Below are positions 1 through 16,565 of a stretch of DNA of 64,000 nt, piece by piece. The DNA comes from the human T2T-CHM13v2.0 reference genome, Homo sapiens. The notes beneath the pieces were generated by a model. The model searched no databases. It had not been told where the DNA came from and saw only the letters and a program-made list of their open reading frames with translations. The stretch is from NCBI RefSeq assembly GCF_009914755.1, contig NC_060946.1; one strand, 5' to 3'. Made by a program: the position numbers and the translations under genes. The number at the start of each line of letters is the position of its first letter. Position 1 is the stretch's first letter.

Positions 1-279
1 GGGAAGAAAAGAAAAGGCTCTTTTCACTTAAGATTTAAAACGGAAGTCATCAAAAATACCTCAATACCTCCAGTTTTGAGGTTCACAATTTTAGAGGCAG
101 AATTAGCCCAGAAATAAAATGAAGAATAAAACATAGATGGTGATTTTACAATGTAGCTTTTATTTCCATTGGTGGGCTATATGTACTTATGCCAAGCCAT
201 AATAACCAAAATAATTTTGGAAATAGCCATGTAGCCAAGGTTCAAATCTACACAGATGAGATGTAAACATATTTCTGCT

Positions 280-296
280 GTGTGTGTGTGTGTGTG
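280..296. repeat. (TG)n microsatellite
   Basis: tgtgtgtgtgtgtgtg run. Confidence 0.85.
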
Positions 297-700
297 AGAA
301 GTGACAACGACAAATTTTTTCACTAGCGGAAGAGTCTTATCCAAGAAAGGGATTTACTTGTCCTGGGCACAAGACATCCAATCCGTAAACATTCACAGAA
401 TATCTGTTATTTAGACATTATGTGGATCAAGTACGAGGCTGTTCTTTGCTTTATTGTATTTCCTATTTAAAAACAAGGGAGTGGCTCTAATCTAGCCCAG
501 GTTTTTTTTCCTGAAGTCCCCGTTGACAAGTGGTTATCTAAATTAGTAACTTATGCAATTCCATTGGATTCCTGGTTTTTCTCTCAAACCTCAGAGCCTC
601 CTGCATCTCAGTTGATAATTAGGTCCTTCTTCCAGTTGCTCAGCCTGAACCCTTAGAAGTCTTCCTTGACTCTCCCTCACCCTCTCCATCCCACATCTGA

Positions 701-1134
<434 letters not shown>

Positions 1135-1249
1135 TCCAGAGTGGTCTTTAAAGAGTCCCTCAGATTATGTCACTTTGCTGCTTAAAAATAAGCAAAGGCT
1201 CCATACCCCTTGAGTGAATGCCAAAGTCCTCATCATGGCCTCCAGGCCT

Positions 1250-1712
1250 CCAGCCTCCTACTGCTGCTGTAACAGATTTCCGTGAATTTAGTGGCTTAAA
1301 ACAACACCAACTTATTATCTTACAGTTCTGGAGGTCCAAAGTCTGAACTGGGTCTCATTGAGCTAAAATCAAGGTGCCCAGTGGCTCAAGGGGAGAATCC
1401 ATTTTCTTGCCTTTTCAATTTCCAGAGGCTTCTCACAATCCTTGGTTTGTGGCCCCCTCCTCTCTCTCCAAAGCCAGCAGTGTTAGGTGGAATCTTTCTC
1501 AGATTGCATCTCTCTAGCCCTGAGCCTTCTGCCTCTGGATTCCCAGTTAAAGACCCATGTGATTACCCTGAGCCCACCTGCTTACTCCAGGATACTCTCC
1601 CCAAAGCCAGCTGATTAGCAACTTCAGTTCTGTTTGCAACCTTAACTTCCCTGGCCATGTAAGACAACATAGTCACAGCTTCCAAGGATTAGGACACAGG
1701 CATCTTTGGGGT
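1250..1712 (-). mobile_element. MaLR solo LTR (MLT1B/C-like)
   Basis: gctgctgtaaca...agtggcttaaaacaacac...ttacagttctggagg...cacaggcatctttgggg matches a reversed MLT1. Confidence 0.75.
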
Positions 1713-2575
1713 GCTCCTGACCCCTCTTCCCTCTGCTCTACTTACCGCCTTTTAATGTAATAAACACTTATGCATACTGCTTTTCTTGCCTATTACCCCT
1801 AAAAGAACACAAACTCCACAAGAGCAGGAACCTTAGTTCATTCTCAGCTATAGAAAATACCCAGCACACAGTAGGTGTGCAATAAACTTGCATGGAGTTA
1901 ATGAGAATGGACTAGCCAAGGTCAAGGTCACGCATAGTGATGGTGGCTTCATGTGCATGGTGTGGCATTCTCTCAACCACCCTGTCCTGATGACATTGCC
2001 ATCCCTTTCTGCAGACAAAAAAAGAGGCTTGGCAAGCCTGGGCACCTTCCTCCGTCCCAGGCCTGGGGTGGCTCAGCCAGGGCTCCAGGCTGTGCAATTT
2101 GACAGGCCTGGGCTTAAAATCAGGTCGCTCCACGTCTGAGGGACCAAGATCACATGAGAATGCCTCTTAGAGCCTCACTGTGTTCAACTGGAAAATGGGT
2201 ATAACTTGCTTCAAGGGACGGTGGCCCGCAGTTGACCACAGGGCTTTGCCTTCTGCACAGAGTTGCCGGCAGCACCACTGCACTGCGGACAGGTGCCTCC
2301 CGCCCTGCCTCTCGCTCCCTTTCCCACCTTGCACCCGCTCTTGCCTCCTTTCCATCCCACTCCTCCACCGTTCCTATCCCCACGTCTGCCCCCCTCCCAG
2401 GGAATGGATGCTAAGGACCTGCCAGTGGGATCCTTGCATGTGCCCCCACCCCAGACTCACCCGTCTTCTCAGCCACTCAACCCTGGGCCATAGTAGGGCC
2501 CCCAAAGTCCCCCCAGTGGGATTTGTGGATGTGGCATGAGGAGGCCTGGGACACCTGGCAGGATGGAGAACTCAC

Positions 2576-2806
2576 ACAGGGGTGGCTCTGCGACTTTGAC
2601 CCTGGTCTCAGCTCCTGAGTGGGCAATGAGAGGGCAGATCTGGTGCCTTCCGAGACGTCAGGGACACTGCTCCCTCTCTGGGCCACGGCCGAGTCACCAG
2701 TGGCCATTGGTGTGGCTGCTGTCTCGGAACTGAACCTGCTCAGGAAGTCCGGGTATTTCAGCCTCCCCTTGGCATTGACTGGCATCTCGTTCCAGAGTCT
2801 GTCAAA
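2576..2806 (-). CDS. EFCAB6: EFCAB6 internal coding exon (231 nt, phase 0-0): FDRLWNEMPVNAKGRLKYPDFLSRFSSETAATPMATGDSAVAQRGSSVPDVSEGTRSALSLPTQELRPGSKSQSHPC
   Basis: Acceptor ttctgctccttctccAG|T and donor TGT|GTGAGT. Continues ILTDEQ|FDRLW in frame and supplies the partner EF-hand of the previous exon. Confidence 0.93.
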
Positions 2807-3824
2807 CTGGAGAAGGAGCAGAAGTCATTTCCCAGGTGTCAGTGCAAACACAGGCAGCGTCGCACCTGTGCCAGCGAGAAGTGGGACAGGCCGGCCTCGC
2901 AGGAGGTGAGCACTCACGTGACTGGTGAAGAAGAAAATTAAAAAAATAAAACGCCCATTTGGCCTTCGCTCGGCGGAGGCCTCAGGAAGACTCTGGAAAA
3001 GCAAAGACAAGAGGATTATTCATGGCTTCTGCAGGACATTTTTTAATTGAATTGGGCCCTCAGTGAGCACTTTAAGGCCATTAAATCTTGTGATTAGTCA
3101 CAGTGCCTGAGCTGCAGTGTATTCGAACATTTGGGAGAAAATGCAAATCAGAGCCCCCACCCACCTTCATCCCAGGGAAGCCCAGTCAGACTCATTTCTC
3201 ACCCTTCCAGGTACACCTGAGTTCTGCAAACAGCTCACCAGGTGACGCAGCCCTCAGCCCCTGCACTTGCATCCACGATTTATTTCACCCTAAGGGCAAA
3301 AAATGTCTTCTCACAAGATGAAAAGGGAGGCATTTGGAAAACCAGGGAGCGGTTTATGGCTTTGTATTTTTGCTGTCTGATGCCACAGACTGTATCAAAA
3401 CCACACACCATGAAGATAGAAAAAAAAATGAATGACTCAATGCATCCTAAATGAGCCACTTTTGGTAACTGGAGGGCTTTCAGGGAGTGAAGAAGGGCAA
3501 CTCCTTCCAATTTGATTTTTGCACAGCCCCAAAAACCAGACGGAGCCCCAGCCTCCAACACAGCTGATGGAGAGGCAGCCTCCAGAGAGGCGAGGGGAGG
3601 CTCAAACCCTGGTTCCTTCCTTCCCATCCTGCGCTTTCCCCTGGAAGCCTGGGCTCTGCCAGAAACCGAGTTGCTTCTGGGTCTCCACTGGGGTTTTCCA
3701 AAGCAAATTAGAGTGACTGTCTTGGGCTTGATTTGAATCCTCAGAAGAAGCAGGGAGAGGTACGGAAGTCGGGGTTGGGGGGTGCAAAGGCAAAAAGGTT
3801 TAGTTTGGGACAAGGTTCTCAATT

Positions 3825-4050
3825 TATCTTTTTACTTTTTATTTAGAAATAACTATAGACTTGCAGGAGGTGACAAGGACAGTACAGTGAGGTCCCTGCA
3901 CCCTTCCTGCAGTTTCTCCCCAGGCTCTGTCTTAAGTGAAAACACCAAAACCAGGAGGTGGGCATGGGCACAGTGCGGGTGCGGTCTGATGTCATTTTAC
4001 TACACGTGTAGATTCGTGTTGATTGCATTCTGACCAACGAGGAAAAACTA
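3825..4050 (-). mobile_element. Old L1M 3'UTR fragment
   Basis: gaaataactatagacttgcagga...agtacagtgaggtccctgcaccctt resembles a reversed L1MC/MD 3' region. Confidence 0.5.
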
Positions 4051-4745
4051 TTTTGTGGAGAAGTGAGGGGACCTTGAGGATGTGACTGCGGTGTCTCAGA
4101 CCTCACCGGCACCAAGTACAGTAACCTGTCAGACAGGAATCAGCTCCCCCACCTCTGTGTCCTCCAGGACCACTGGCCAAAACCACTGGGCAGATGGCCC
4201 CCCTGACACCTTCCCATGTGGTGCCAAAACCACCTCTGCAGCTAATCTCTCCCCCTCCCTCCCCTGGCCTGGAAGCTCCCTGCAGGGTCCTCTGAGAATC
4301 AACTTTAAGTGTCAAACATCTGGCAAAGGGGAAGGCACACAGCAGGTGCTCAATACATGTTTGCTCATTGGCTGAAGTTCCTAAGAGACTCACATGGTCA
4401 GACTGGTCAGACCCAGGGGAAGGATGCTTCAAGGTGAGGGCAATGGAAGGTGCAGAACGCTGTTCTGACCCCTCCTCCTGAGGCCCTCTCATGGAGCAGG
4501 AGAGGACGAGCCCCGTAGGGGAGGACCCGGTAGGCTTGCACCCTCCTGTTTGAGCTGGACTCGGAGCTGAGGAGGCAGAAGATCATGCCGTGAAGGATAA
4601 ACACTGAGGGAGGTCGGTGTGCATGCTGACAGATGCCGTGAAAATGAAGCTTGGCAGGAGACAATCCCAGGGCTCCCACCTAAGGATCTCCTCTTCTAAC
4701 AGGGTGGCTGGGGCTGGCCAACTCCCTAATTAAATTCTGTGGTGC

Positions 4746-5040
4746 AGGCTGGGTGCAGTGGCTCACGCCTGTAATCCTGCCACTTTGGGAGGCCGAGACA
4801 GGAGGATCACCTGAGGTCAGGCGTTTGAGACCAGCCTGGCCAACATGGTGAAACCCCATCTCTACTGAAAATACAAAAATTAGCTGGGCGTGGTGGCAGG
4901 AGCCTGTAAGTCCAGCTACTCAGGAGGCTGAGACGAGAGAATCGCTTGAACCTGGGAGGTGGATGCTGCAGTGAGCCAATGTCGCACCACTGCACTTCAG
5001 CCTGGGCAAAAGAGCAAGACTCCATCTCAAAAACAAAAAA
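4746..5040 (+). mobile_element. Alu (AluS-like)
   Basis: Full dimer with TSD aaattctgtggtgc. Confidence 0.95.
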
Positions 5041-6829
5041 TTCTGTGGTGCGGAGGAGGCCATGAGGGACCACAGGATTCCTATTTTCATCCTATTTTAA
5101 CTGAAGAGCCTCAGAATGGGAGGGTGGAGGAGGCAGCACCGGAGGAAATAGCCCCCAGCCCGCATGTGGCCTCCAGTCTCCATGGAGGCACCTAGAACAC
5201 CAATGGGCCTAACGGCACCAGGATGGGGGCTGAAGGGCACAACGAGGCTGGACAGACACTAGGGAGACTGGATTCTGAAAAACTGCCAGCCAGTGAGCTT
5301 GACATGAAACGTGGGCAAGACGCTGCTGGACTGTGAAAGCGTCAAAAGCAAGTGAGTTTCCACATCAGCGTGGTGAGGTCTGCGCACGCTCAATCATCCC
5401 GTCTCCTTGAGCCACCAGCTGAACCCTGAGAAAGACACCACCATGGGTTCCCACTCTGCTTACGATGTAGAAAAGTGGCAACAGAGGGCTACTTGCCATC
5501 AACAGGGACAAGCCAGGCAACCTGCAGCCACAGTTCTTCCCCTGAGCCCATGAGCGCGGGGTCACAGGGAGCCAAGGGGAGGGACGGAATTACACAGCCC
5601 CAGGCTCCAAGGAGAGCCGGACTTGCCACCAGCTCTCACCCCTGGCAAAGTGTGGGAGGAAGTGGTGGCAGTCACCGAGGAGGGGAGGAAGAAGTCAGTT
5701 CATCTTTGAACAAATTCTGAAGGCCACGTGCAGGCTGCCATGTCAGTCTAGGACAGCTGGGGGACCCAGCCACCAGGGCGGCTCCCACCTGCCCCCAGCC
5801 CTTCTCCTCGCACCTCTGCTGGTGCTCTAGATCCACCTGCAAGCCCGAGGTGAGAGAGTGTGTGCACGGGGCCACTTCTCCAGACCCCCCGATAGGATGC
5901 AGAAGCCTTAAGCTGCTGGGGAAACCCACTCAACTCTCTGCCTCTAGGACAGGGGTAAGAACCCCTCCTTCCTCCACTGGGAACCTCACCCAGGCTCTGG
6001 GGGAGGGGAAGGATCGACATCCTTGCAGAATGGGCAGCGACCCCTTGGGCCCAAGGTCTGCTCCTCTACAAAGCAGAGGTCTGAGGGGATGAGCCCAATA
6101 GCCGCCAGAGACAGGAGGCAGAGAGGGCTGCCCTGGAGGGGCTGGATGGGGCCGGAGCAGTGAGAAAGCTTCACCCGAGGCCCAGGATGCCTCCACCCCG
6201 TCAGGAGCCCAGCACCAGCAAAGGCAGCAAGAGAGGGAAAGGGACCCCTCTCAGGCACTGATGTGAGCCGAGGGTGGCGCAGGAATGCTGAGAAGACCCT
6301 CCGGCAGCCCCAGTCCCGCACCAAGTCCACAGGCCTCTCTTCTGGCCTCTCCTAGTTCTAGACATTTCTCTCTCCAACCTTCACCTCTGTGTCTTCACCC
6401 CTCCTCCTTGAGACCAGCTCTACGTCCACCCACCACTCTGTTTTACCCTATCCTTCATCCTGCCCAGCCCTCACCTCCCTCCTGAACAAAGCTTGGAACC
6501 CACACAACTACTTCTTCACTCCACTCCTCCCTCCCCAGCCTCCCCCTGAGCTTACTGGGGAAGCTCCTGCTGTAACTGCCAGACACGCCCACAACTCTTC
6601 CCCAGTAAATGTCCCTTGCTGCTCTCTGTGGCAACCCCTCTGCACCATTTCCTCTTCTTAAATATCCACTATGGTCCCCTCACTCTCAGCTGATAATCTT
6701 ACCCCATACTTCATAGAGAAAATATACATTATATCAAATTGACTGCACCTATGCTCCCACCCCACAGCTACAGGAGGAAGTCTCGGCTCCTATCCAGGCC
6801 ACCCCTCCTCGTGTCTCTGGATGTGGTCT

Positions 6830-7238
6830 GCCTTCTTGAACTACAGAGGCTGGGCAGCTAGAAGGTACTGTGCCCATTTTTCTCTGTAGCAGACACAACA
6901 GACACAACTGCCTGCAAGGTGGAAGGAAGGAATTAGCCCAGGTGGTGATCAGCTCTTCTGGTCTGTTTGGTGGCAGAGGGGTTTGGTCCCATCCCCTTAG
7001 CACCACAGTGCTGAGCTCTGCTGGGAGGCAGTGGCAGTGGGTTTCTTCTGGAAAAGCCTCCTGGTGGGGTTGGGTTTCTCTTGGCTGCCACGTTCTTGGA
7101 CGTGGGGACATCCTTTCTGGTTCTCCAGCCCTTCCAGAGCTTCTGTAAGATCCTAATACCCTTCAAAAAAAAAACCTCTTTCTGCTAAAACTTGCCTGTG
7201 TGGATCCTGCAATCTGCAACTAAGAACCCTGAACAATA
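6830..7238 (+). mobile_element. ERVL solo LTR (LTR33-like)
   Basis: 3' end ctttctgctaaaacttgcc..gtggat....tgcaactaagaaccctga matches the LTR33/LTR16-family terminus. Confidence 0.5.
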
Positions 7239-7289
7239 CTCAAAGCAACAAAATAGTCTCCAGATAAATCAGATAAAAAAGATATTCAG

Positions 7290-7608
7290 TGCTGGGTGCA
7301 GTGGGTCACACCTGTAATCCCAGCACTTTGGGAGGCCGAGGCAGGCAGATCACGAGGTCAGGAGATCGAGACCATCCTGGTCAACATGGTGAAACCCCGT
7401 CTCTACTAAAAATACAGAAAAAATAAAATAAAAAAGAAAAAAAAAATTAGCCGGGCGTGGTGGCGGGCGCCTGTAGTCCCAGATACTCAGGAGGCTGAGG
7501 CAGGAGAATGGCGTGAACCCAGGAGGTGGAGCTTGCAGTGAGCCGAGATCGCACCACTGTGCTCTAGCTTGGGCAACAGAGTGAGACTCCATCTCAAAAG
7601 AAAAAAAA
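7290..7608 (+). mobile_element. Alu (AluSc/Y-like, expanded middle A tract)
   Basis: Full dimer with TSD aaaaaag(a/c)tattcag. Confidence 0.95.
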
Positions 7609-9021
7609 GCTATTCAGATCATGTCTGAATTCAGACATGAAAACAGACATGATTATGTCTTTTTCAATGGTGTCTTTTTCAGTGGCCAGGTTTCATGCTT
7701 TCTGGCCACAATACAATACAAATAGAACCTGATCATAAAAGATCCTATGTCTGGAAAATGAAACTATCACTTCTAAATAGTTTACAGTTTAAAGAGATCC
7801 TAGGCATTATGGCAGCCTAGACATTCTAATAAGCCTCCGTTCACAAAACACCCAGTTGATGGATACATATTTTTAAAAACATATATTTAAATTCATTGCA
7901 AAGTTCACAAGGAAGTACAGCGAATCATTAAGGGCCAAGGAAAGCTGCTAACCCCAAAGACGGGTGAACAAAAACCTGAAAGCCAGCTTGCAAAAGCTAA
8001 TCCTGGGAGGCCAAAGTTTTGCGGATTGATGGTGCTCAGGGGTTGGGAGACTGAGGCACAGGCCTGGAGATCCTGGCATAATGAGCCAGGTTACCTGATG
8101 GGCTGTATCTTCAGTGCAAGGCTGGGTGAGGAAAACCTGCATGGCTCTGAGCTCCGGGCTGGGCACAGACCTGGAGCTCATGGCCTGGAGTCTGTGAAAC
8201 CATTTTGGTTTCTCCATCATGGGACCCCAAGGTGGAGGAACCGAAGCAGCGTCGGGCTGGCAGCATCTTTGGCACTTGGAAGAAGCAAACCCTAATCATC
8301 TTCGTAGACAATCATACTCAGTCCAGGCCCCTCAGGATTTCCCCCAGATTAAATTCAGCCAAATATAAGCTCTTTCATGAAATAAAAATCACTAAACACA
8401 TGAAGAGGCAAGTCACCATAAACATGAGTTGGCAAAAACAAGCTAAGACAGATTTAGACTTCAGATATTTGATATTAGCTAGAGAATATAACAAGATTAT
8501 ATGTGAAATAGTTAAAGTAGACATGTGTATTAAAATGAATGAAAGGCAATGTATAAAATAGCTAAAGGAGTAAACACTGGTATTAAAAATCAGCAAGGAG
8601 CAAGATAATACCAGAACTGACAAGTCAGACTTTTTTTTCATTTAAACAAACACATACACTTCCTTGAAATTAAAAATATAATCATTGATAAATTTTAAAA
8701 CATACAATGTATAGATTAAGCAACAGATGAGACACAGTTGAGGAGAGAGATAATGAACCTGAAGATAGAGTACAACAGTCCTTGTCAAACCTAAGCACAT
8801 CAGAGCCGCCTGGAGTGCTTGCTAACATGTGGTTTCGTGGGTCCTACACACACAGTTTCAGATGCAGTAGACACGTCTGGCAGAACATAAAGGCGCGGCC
8901 TTAAAAGCAGTATCAGTGGGAGCCAGAAGATGGTGGAATGATATTTTTAAAAAATTGAGAGGAAATCACTGTCAATTTAAAATTCTCTACCCAGAAAAGT
9001 TACCTTGTGAAAATATGGTCA

Positions 9022-9349
<328 letters not shown>

Positions 9350-9906
9350 TAAAAGTCTCTACTCAGAAAAGTTACCTTTCAAAAATATGGTCAAAAAAAG
9401 ATATTTTCAGATAAAAACTGGGCGAACTTAAGATCATAACTAAAGGAAATACTTCACGGAGAAAGAAAATGATCTCAGAAGAAAGGTCTAAGGTGTGAAG
9501 AGTAAAGAAGGGGACACCAAATAAATGACCACTGTATAAAACAGTCTAATGATTAATTTGTGGAGAAAAAACAAGATAGATCTAAAACAACAAATAATAA
9601 TGAAATGAAATCTAGGGAAAATCGGAGTTAGGGCAACTCAATGTCATGTGCCCTGTAGCGCTCATGAGGAAGTAAGGGAAATCAGTAGGGCCGGGAAAGC
9701 TGCTAACCCTACAGGCAGGTGAACAAAACCTTAAAAGCCAATTGGCAAAAGAGAACAATGAAAAGACTGATGAACTTTTGACTTTGTTTTGTTACATACG
9801 ATAAAATTTCAAGGGCAATTATCACCTATTGGTTAAAATAACAGAAATAGATATATAATTTCCAAACCAATAGTGGGGAAAAAAGGAATTTAAAAAATCT
9901 CAATCT

Positions 9907-10565
<659 letters not shown>

Positions 10566-10704
10566 ACGATATAAAAGAGATGAGCATTAAATGAAAGCAC
10601 TTTTGATGACAGAAATAAATTCATACATATCAGTAATGTATGTAAATGGGTCAAACATCCATATAAATAAATGAGATTATTAGACTGTATTTTTAAAAAA
10701 ATCC

Positions 10705-11035
<331 letters not shown>

Positions 11036-12836
11036 CTATAAGAGCTCTGAATATGCATACGTTTAATTTAAAAAAGAACCAACCTTGAACGCACATACAT
11101 ATATTATAATAAAAATGGACAGAATAATAAGAAATGGATACATCTACTATTACAGTGAGTGATTTCAACATACCTCTTAGTGATGGATGGGCCAAAGAGA
11201 CAAAAAGGACAACGAGTTTTTGAAGGGCATAAATAACAAGCTTTTACTCAGCATATGTGGAACCCTTCGCTCAGCCACTGGAGGCTATGCATACTATCCA
11301 TCCACAAATGGAACATTTATTAAAAAAAGACCACACATCAGAACTCAAAGTATTTCTAAGAACTGATGTCATTCAGATTATATTTTCTGATTAAAATGGA
11401 GTTAATTGGTAAATTAATAACTTTAAACATCCATGTATTTGGAAACAAAAGAGAGCACTTTTAAATGTTTTATGGATCACAGAAGGAATCAAAATGGAAA
11501 TAAAAACTATGGAGAACTGAATTATAATTTTAAAACTACATATCAAAACTTGGATGCAGCTAAAGTGGTAATTAGAAGGAAATATATACTTTTAAATGCT
11601 CATTAAGAAAAGAAGAACAGCTGAAATCAGAAAGCTTTGTCTAACTTAAACTAAAGCGGAAGGAATAATAAAGATAAGAGCAGAAATTAATAGAAAATTA
11701 ATATCAACTAAACGAAAAGTTGATAATTTGAAGAGACTAACAAAATAGGCAAATTCTGGCAAGATTAAGCCAGGAGAAAAATAATATTAGAAAGAAAAAA
11801 TAAGGTATAAGTATAGATTCAGCAGAGATTAAAAAGATAACAGTACACTATTAATAATTTTACGCTAATAAATTTGAAAACTTGGAGAAAAATGGACAGA
11901 TTCCTGTAGAAAAGATAAGTCACCCAAACTGACAAAATGAAGATAGCCTGAATGGCTTTATAATCCTGAAAGAAAATTAGCAGTTAAAAAAAATCTTCCT
12001 ATAAAGCAAATGCTGGGCCTTGGTGGCTTTACAAGCATTTCTACTCAATGTTCAATAAATGGACAGCTCCAATCTTACCCAAATTATTCTGGAAAAACAG
12101 AAAAAGGGGATTAACTAAAAATGCCATCTCCAAAGCTAGTGTAATATTGATACCAAAGCCAGACAAGACAGGATGAGAAAAGAAAATTCATGAATGCAAA
12201 TTATACAATAAAAACTTGCTAACTGAATCCTGTACTGCAAAATCACTTTTAATACCTCATGAGCAAGTTTGGCATATACCAGGAATTCAAGTTTAGTTTA
12301 ACATCAGAAAGTCCGTTAATGTAATCCGCTATATTGAGAAATTGAACCCAAAAAACTACTTGTGTATCTCAATAGATACAGGAAAAGCATTGGATAAAAT
12401 TCAACATCTATTCATGGTAAACAGCTCTTAGCCAAATAGGAATAAAAGGGAACTTTTATGCTAGATAAAGAATATCTATTGTGGTCAGGAAATGCTTTGC
12501 TCTGCATGGAGTCAGGAAGGAGGAGTAGGCATTGAAAGACACGGGCAGGGGCCGGCAGAAGCAGCAGCAAGCTGAGGTGGGGAAGGCTGAAGTTCAGCCT
12601 GGGTGGAGCGTAGGGCACCTGGAGGAGCCTGGGGGGTACTGTGCATCCCCACTTCACCGAGGGAGACACAAGCTCAGAGAGGCTGGGCACCTCCTCCAGG
12701 GTCACACAGCTGGATGAGAGCAGAAGCACGACTGAAACCTAAGTCCACCTGCCTGAAGGGTTTTGTTTCCTGTGAGCATCATTCTCACTTCCTAGGGGTG
12801 TCTGTTTTAGAAATATCATGTCTAAAATGTTCAGAA

Positions 12837-13138
<302 letters not shown>

Positions 13139-13805
13139 TCAGAAACATTTAGCAGTTCCTTTCCCTAATACATCTGCATATTAAAAGTCATCAAGCAATC
13201 ACTGTGGGCTGATCTAAATGCTTTGCAAAAAGAGGCCCTTGCTGTGGGTCTATTGTCTTAAGCAATACCCAAGCAGACCCAGTTCCGACCGCCTTTTATC
13301 ACACGCTTTCTGCAGAGCCACAAAGACCCATCCATTTCCAACTCATGCACTCTGCAAGTTGCTCTCCTTTCCCGAAAGGTTAATTGCACCAAAGGGTTTC
13401 AAAAGATGTGTCACTTCCCTCACTTACAGAGCTCGATAAGTCAAGAAAGCTGGCCCCTCACGTTCGTGACTGTTGGATTTTTTAAAGTAGGAGATAAGTT
13501 TTTATAATGTAGATAAACCAAGTCATGAAATATGGAGTTAAGTGTAATTTAATATGGTTGAACTGTCCTGGCGTCTTCTGCGAGCTCTTTCAAAAAATGG
13601 CATGAGGGTCTAGACATGTTAGGAGTACAAATGACCCCCATGTCACACTTTGCCAGGAAACTCGCCTTCAACCAAGAAGGTCCCCAGCAAAGTAACTCAT
13701 GCAAGGAGGAAATGCATGGAGCTCTGGGCTTTTGCTGTTGATCAGCCCATCCAGGGGCATTTGCCCCAAGTATAGCACAATCTCTGCTAATCATCCCCCA
13801 ATGTA

Positions 13806-13879
13806 TTACACTGGTGCAAAAGTAATTACGGTCTTTACTTTCAATGGCAAAGACCGCAATTACTTTAGCACGAACCTAA
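13806..13879. mobile_element. MADE1 (Hsmar1 MITE) with a small internal deletion
   Basis: TIRs ggtgcaaaagtaatt.cggt and accgcaattacttt.gcac.aacctaa, flanked by TA dinucleotides. Confidence 0.88.
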
Positions 13880-13942
13880 TATTCGTGCCAGAGTTTGAGG
13901 TTCTTGATGAGGACTGTATTGGAGACAGGTCAGCTTATTTTT

Positions 13943-15048
<1,106 letters not shown>

Positions 15049-16565
15049 GAGACACGTCAGCTTATTTTTAGAAAGCCGCGTTTAAAAATAAGTGTTTAAT
15101 TTGGTTGGGGAAGGGGCTTGATGTGCTGAGGATGGTGAAGTTTTCTTAGTGGACAATTAAAATTGAATTCTCTGTGATGAATGCCAGATATGTCAGCATG
15201 TCATTAATTTCTATCTATAATTAGAGTAAAATTTTACTCATTTAGGTGAAATTAAAAAAATCTTTATTAGTAAAACCTTGATTACTTGGCCCCATAGAAT
15301 AATAAATGCAACTGTATTAATTTCAAAGGCTTATTTTCATTTATGCTAAGAGGAGTATTTGCAAATACAGAGTTTGCTCGGCTTTGACGTGCAATGGGGC
15401 AGGATCATTTGGAAACAGCATTTAATTTTGCTTAGCAAAAATGATCACACCAAAATGCTTGAGAAAGGTGATATTTTAGGAATGTTAAACCTGATAGTCA
15501 CATTCTTAATGTCTTTACGGCATGCATTCTTGGGGCAGTGAGTTCAGAGCTGTGAGTAGAGCCAGGGGTGACTGCGATGATCACGCTTCCCTATGAATAC
15601 TTCCAAGGCCTTACCCTGCAACTCTGACAAAATGAGACAAGAGGTTGTAATGGCCCAGTTTTGGAGGCGAAAGAGTGACATTTCCACGCAGTGTCTGCAG
15701 GGAACTCCCTGGGCTGAGACTGAGCAGAACCAGGAGGAAGGAGGGAGGCAGAGTTGCTTTGTTAAGTATTTGGGGATTTTATGTTTTAGTCTGAATTATT
15801 CTCTGGGAATGGGACATTGATGCATTTGAGAACTAGAGAGGGCTTGTAGCTGTGCATTTTCTGAGTGAAGGGAAATCTACTTCTGTAACTGGATCAGTGG
15901 TGCTCTGTGTTACTTGGCTGATCAGCCACGGGGCTGCCGAGGACGGTGAAGGGCTGGGGAGTATGGACGCTGTCCATTCAGCAGCATGTACTGAGCACCC
16001 ACTCAGCGCCCTGCACTGCTTTGGCATTTAGGGCACAGCGAGGAACAAAGCAACCTGGGGCACTGCTCCCCTGGTGCTGGTGTTCAGTGTGACTATGGAT
16101 GGGAGGCAGGCTGGGCAGGTGCTCTCTTCCCTCCCACAGCTGCCATGGCAAGGCAGACTCTGAGGACGCCACCCCACTGGGAGGTGCTCTTGGCCTTGGA
16201 AGGCCATGAAGGGCCATAGCGGCCCAGGGGAGCAGGTTGTCGGAGCCTTTGAGCCACAGAAGAGCTCAGTCCAGTCCTTAGGGGAGGAGGCTGGGAAGAA
16301 CCTCCTTCTGGGGATTCTGTGATAGGGAGGAGGATCTTAGAGAGGCAGGGCCTGTGTCCAGCCTGTGCACAGTGGAGAGGCCCACCAGGGGTGGCATGTA
16401 CCCAGCATGCTTAGAGCAGCAGCCCGGAGCATCCCACACTGCCAGCAGCAGCACCAGGTAGTAGCAAGGAGAAGGCAGGTTGGGGTGGCGGGAGGAGCGC
16501 CAGCCTCCTGCCAGGGTCTGTGACCCTCCAGGCGTGGGGACCGACTGCCCACCTTCTTTGGACCA

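Noticed and set aside
3280-3822. 180-aa minus-strand ORF upstream of exon 2576-2806
   Set aside because: No domain similarity, and the EFCAB6 frame is already complete without it (ILTDEQ|FDRLW joins directly).
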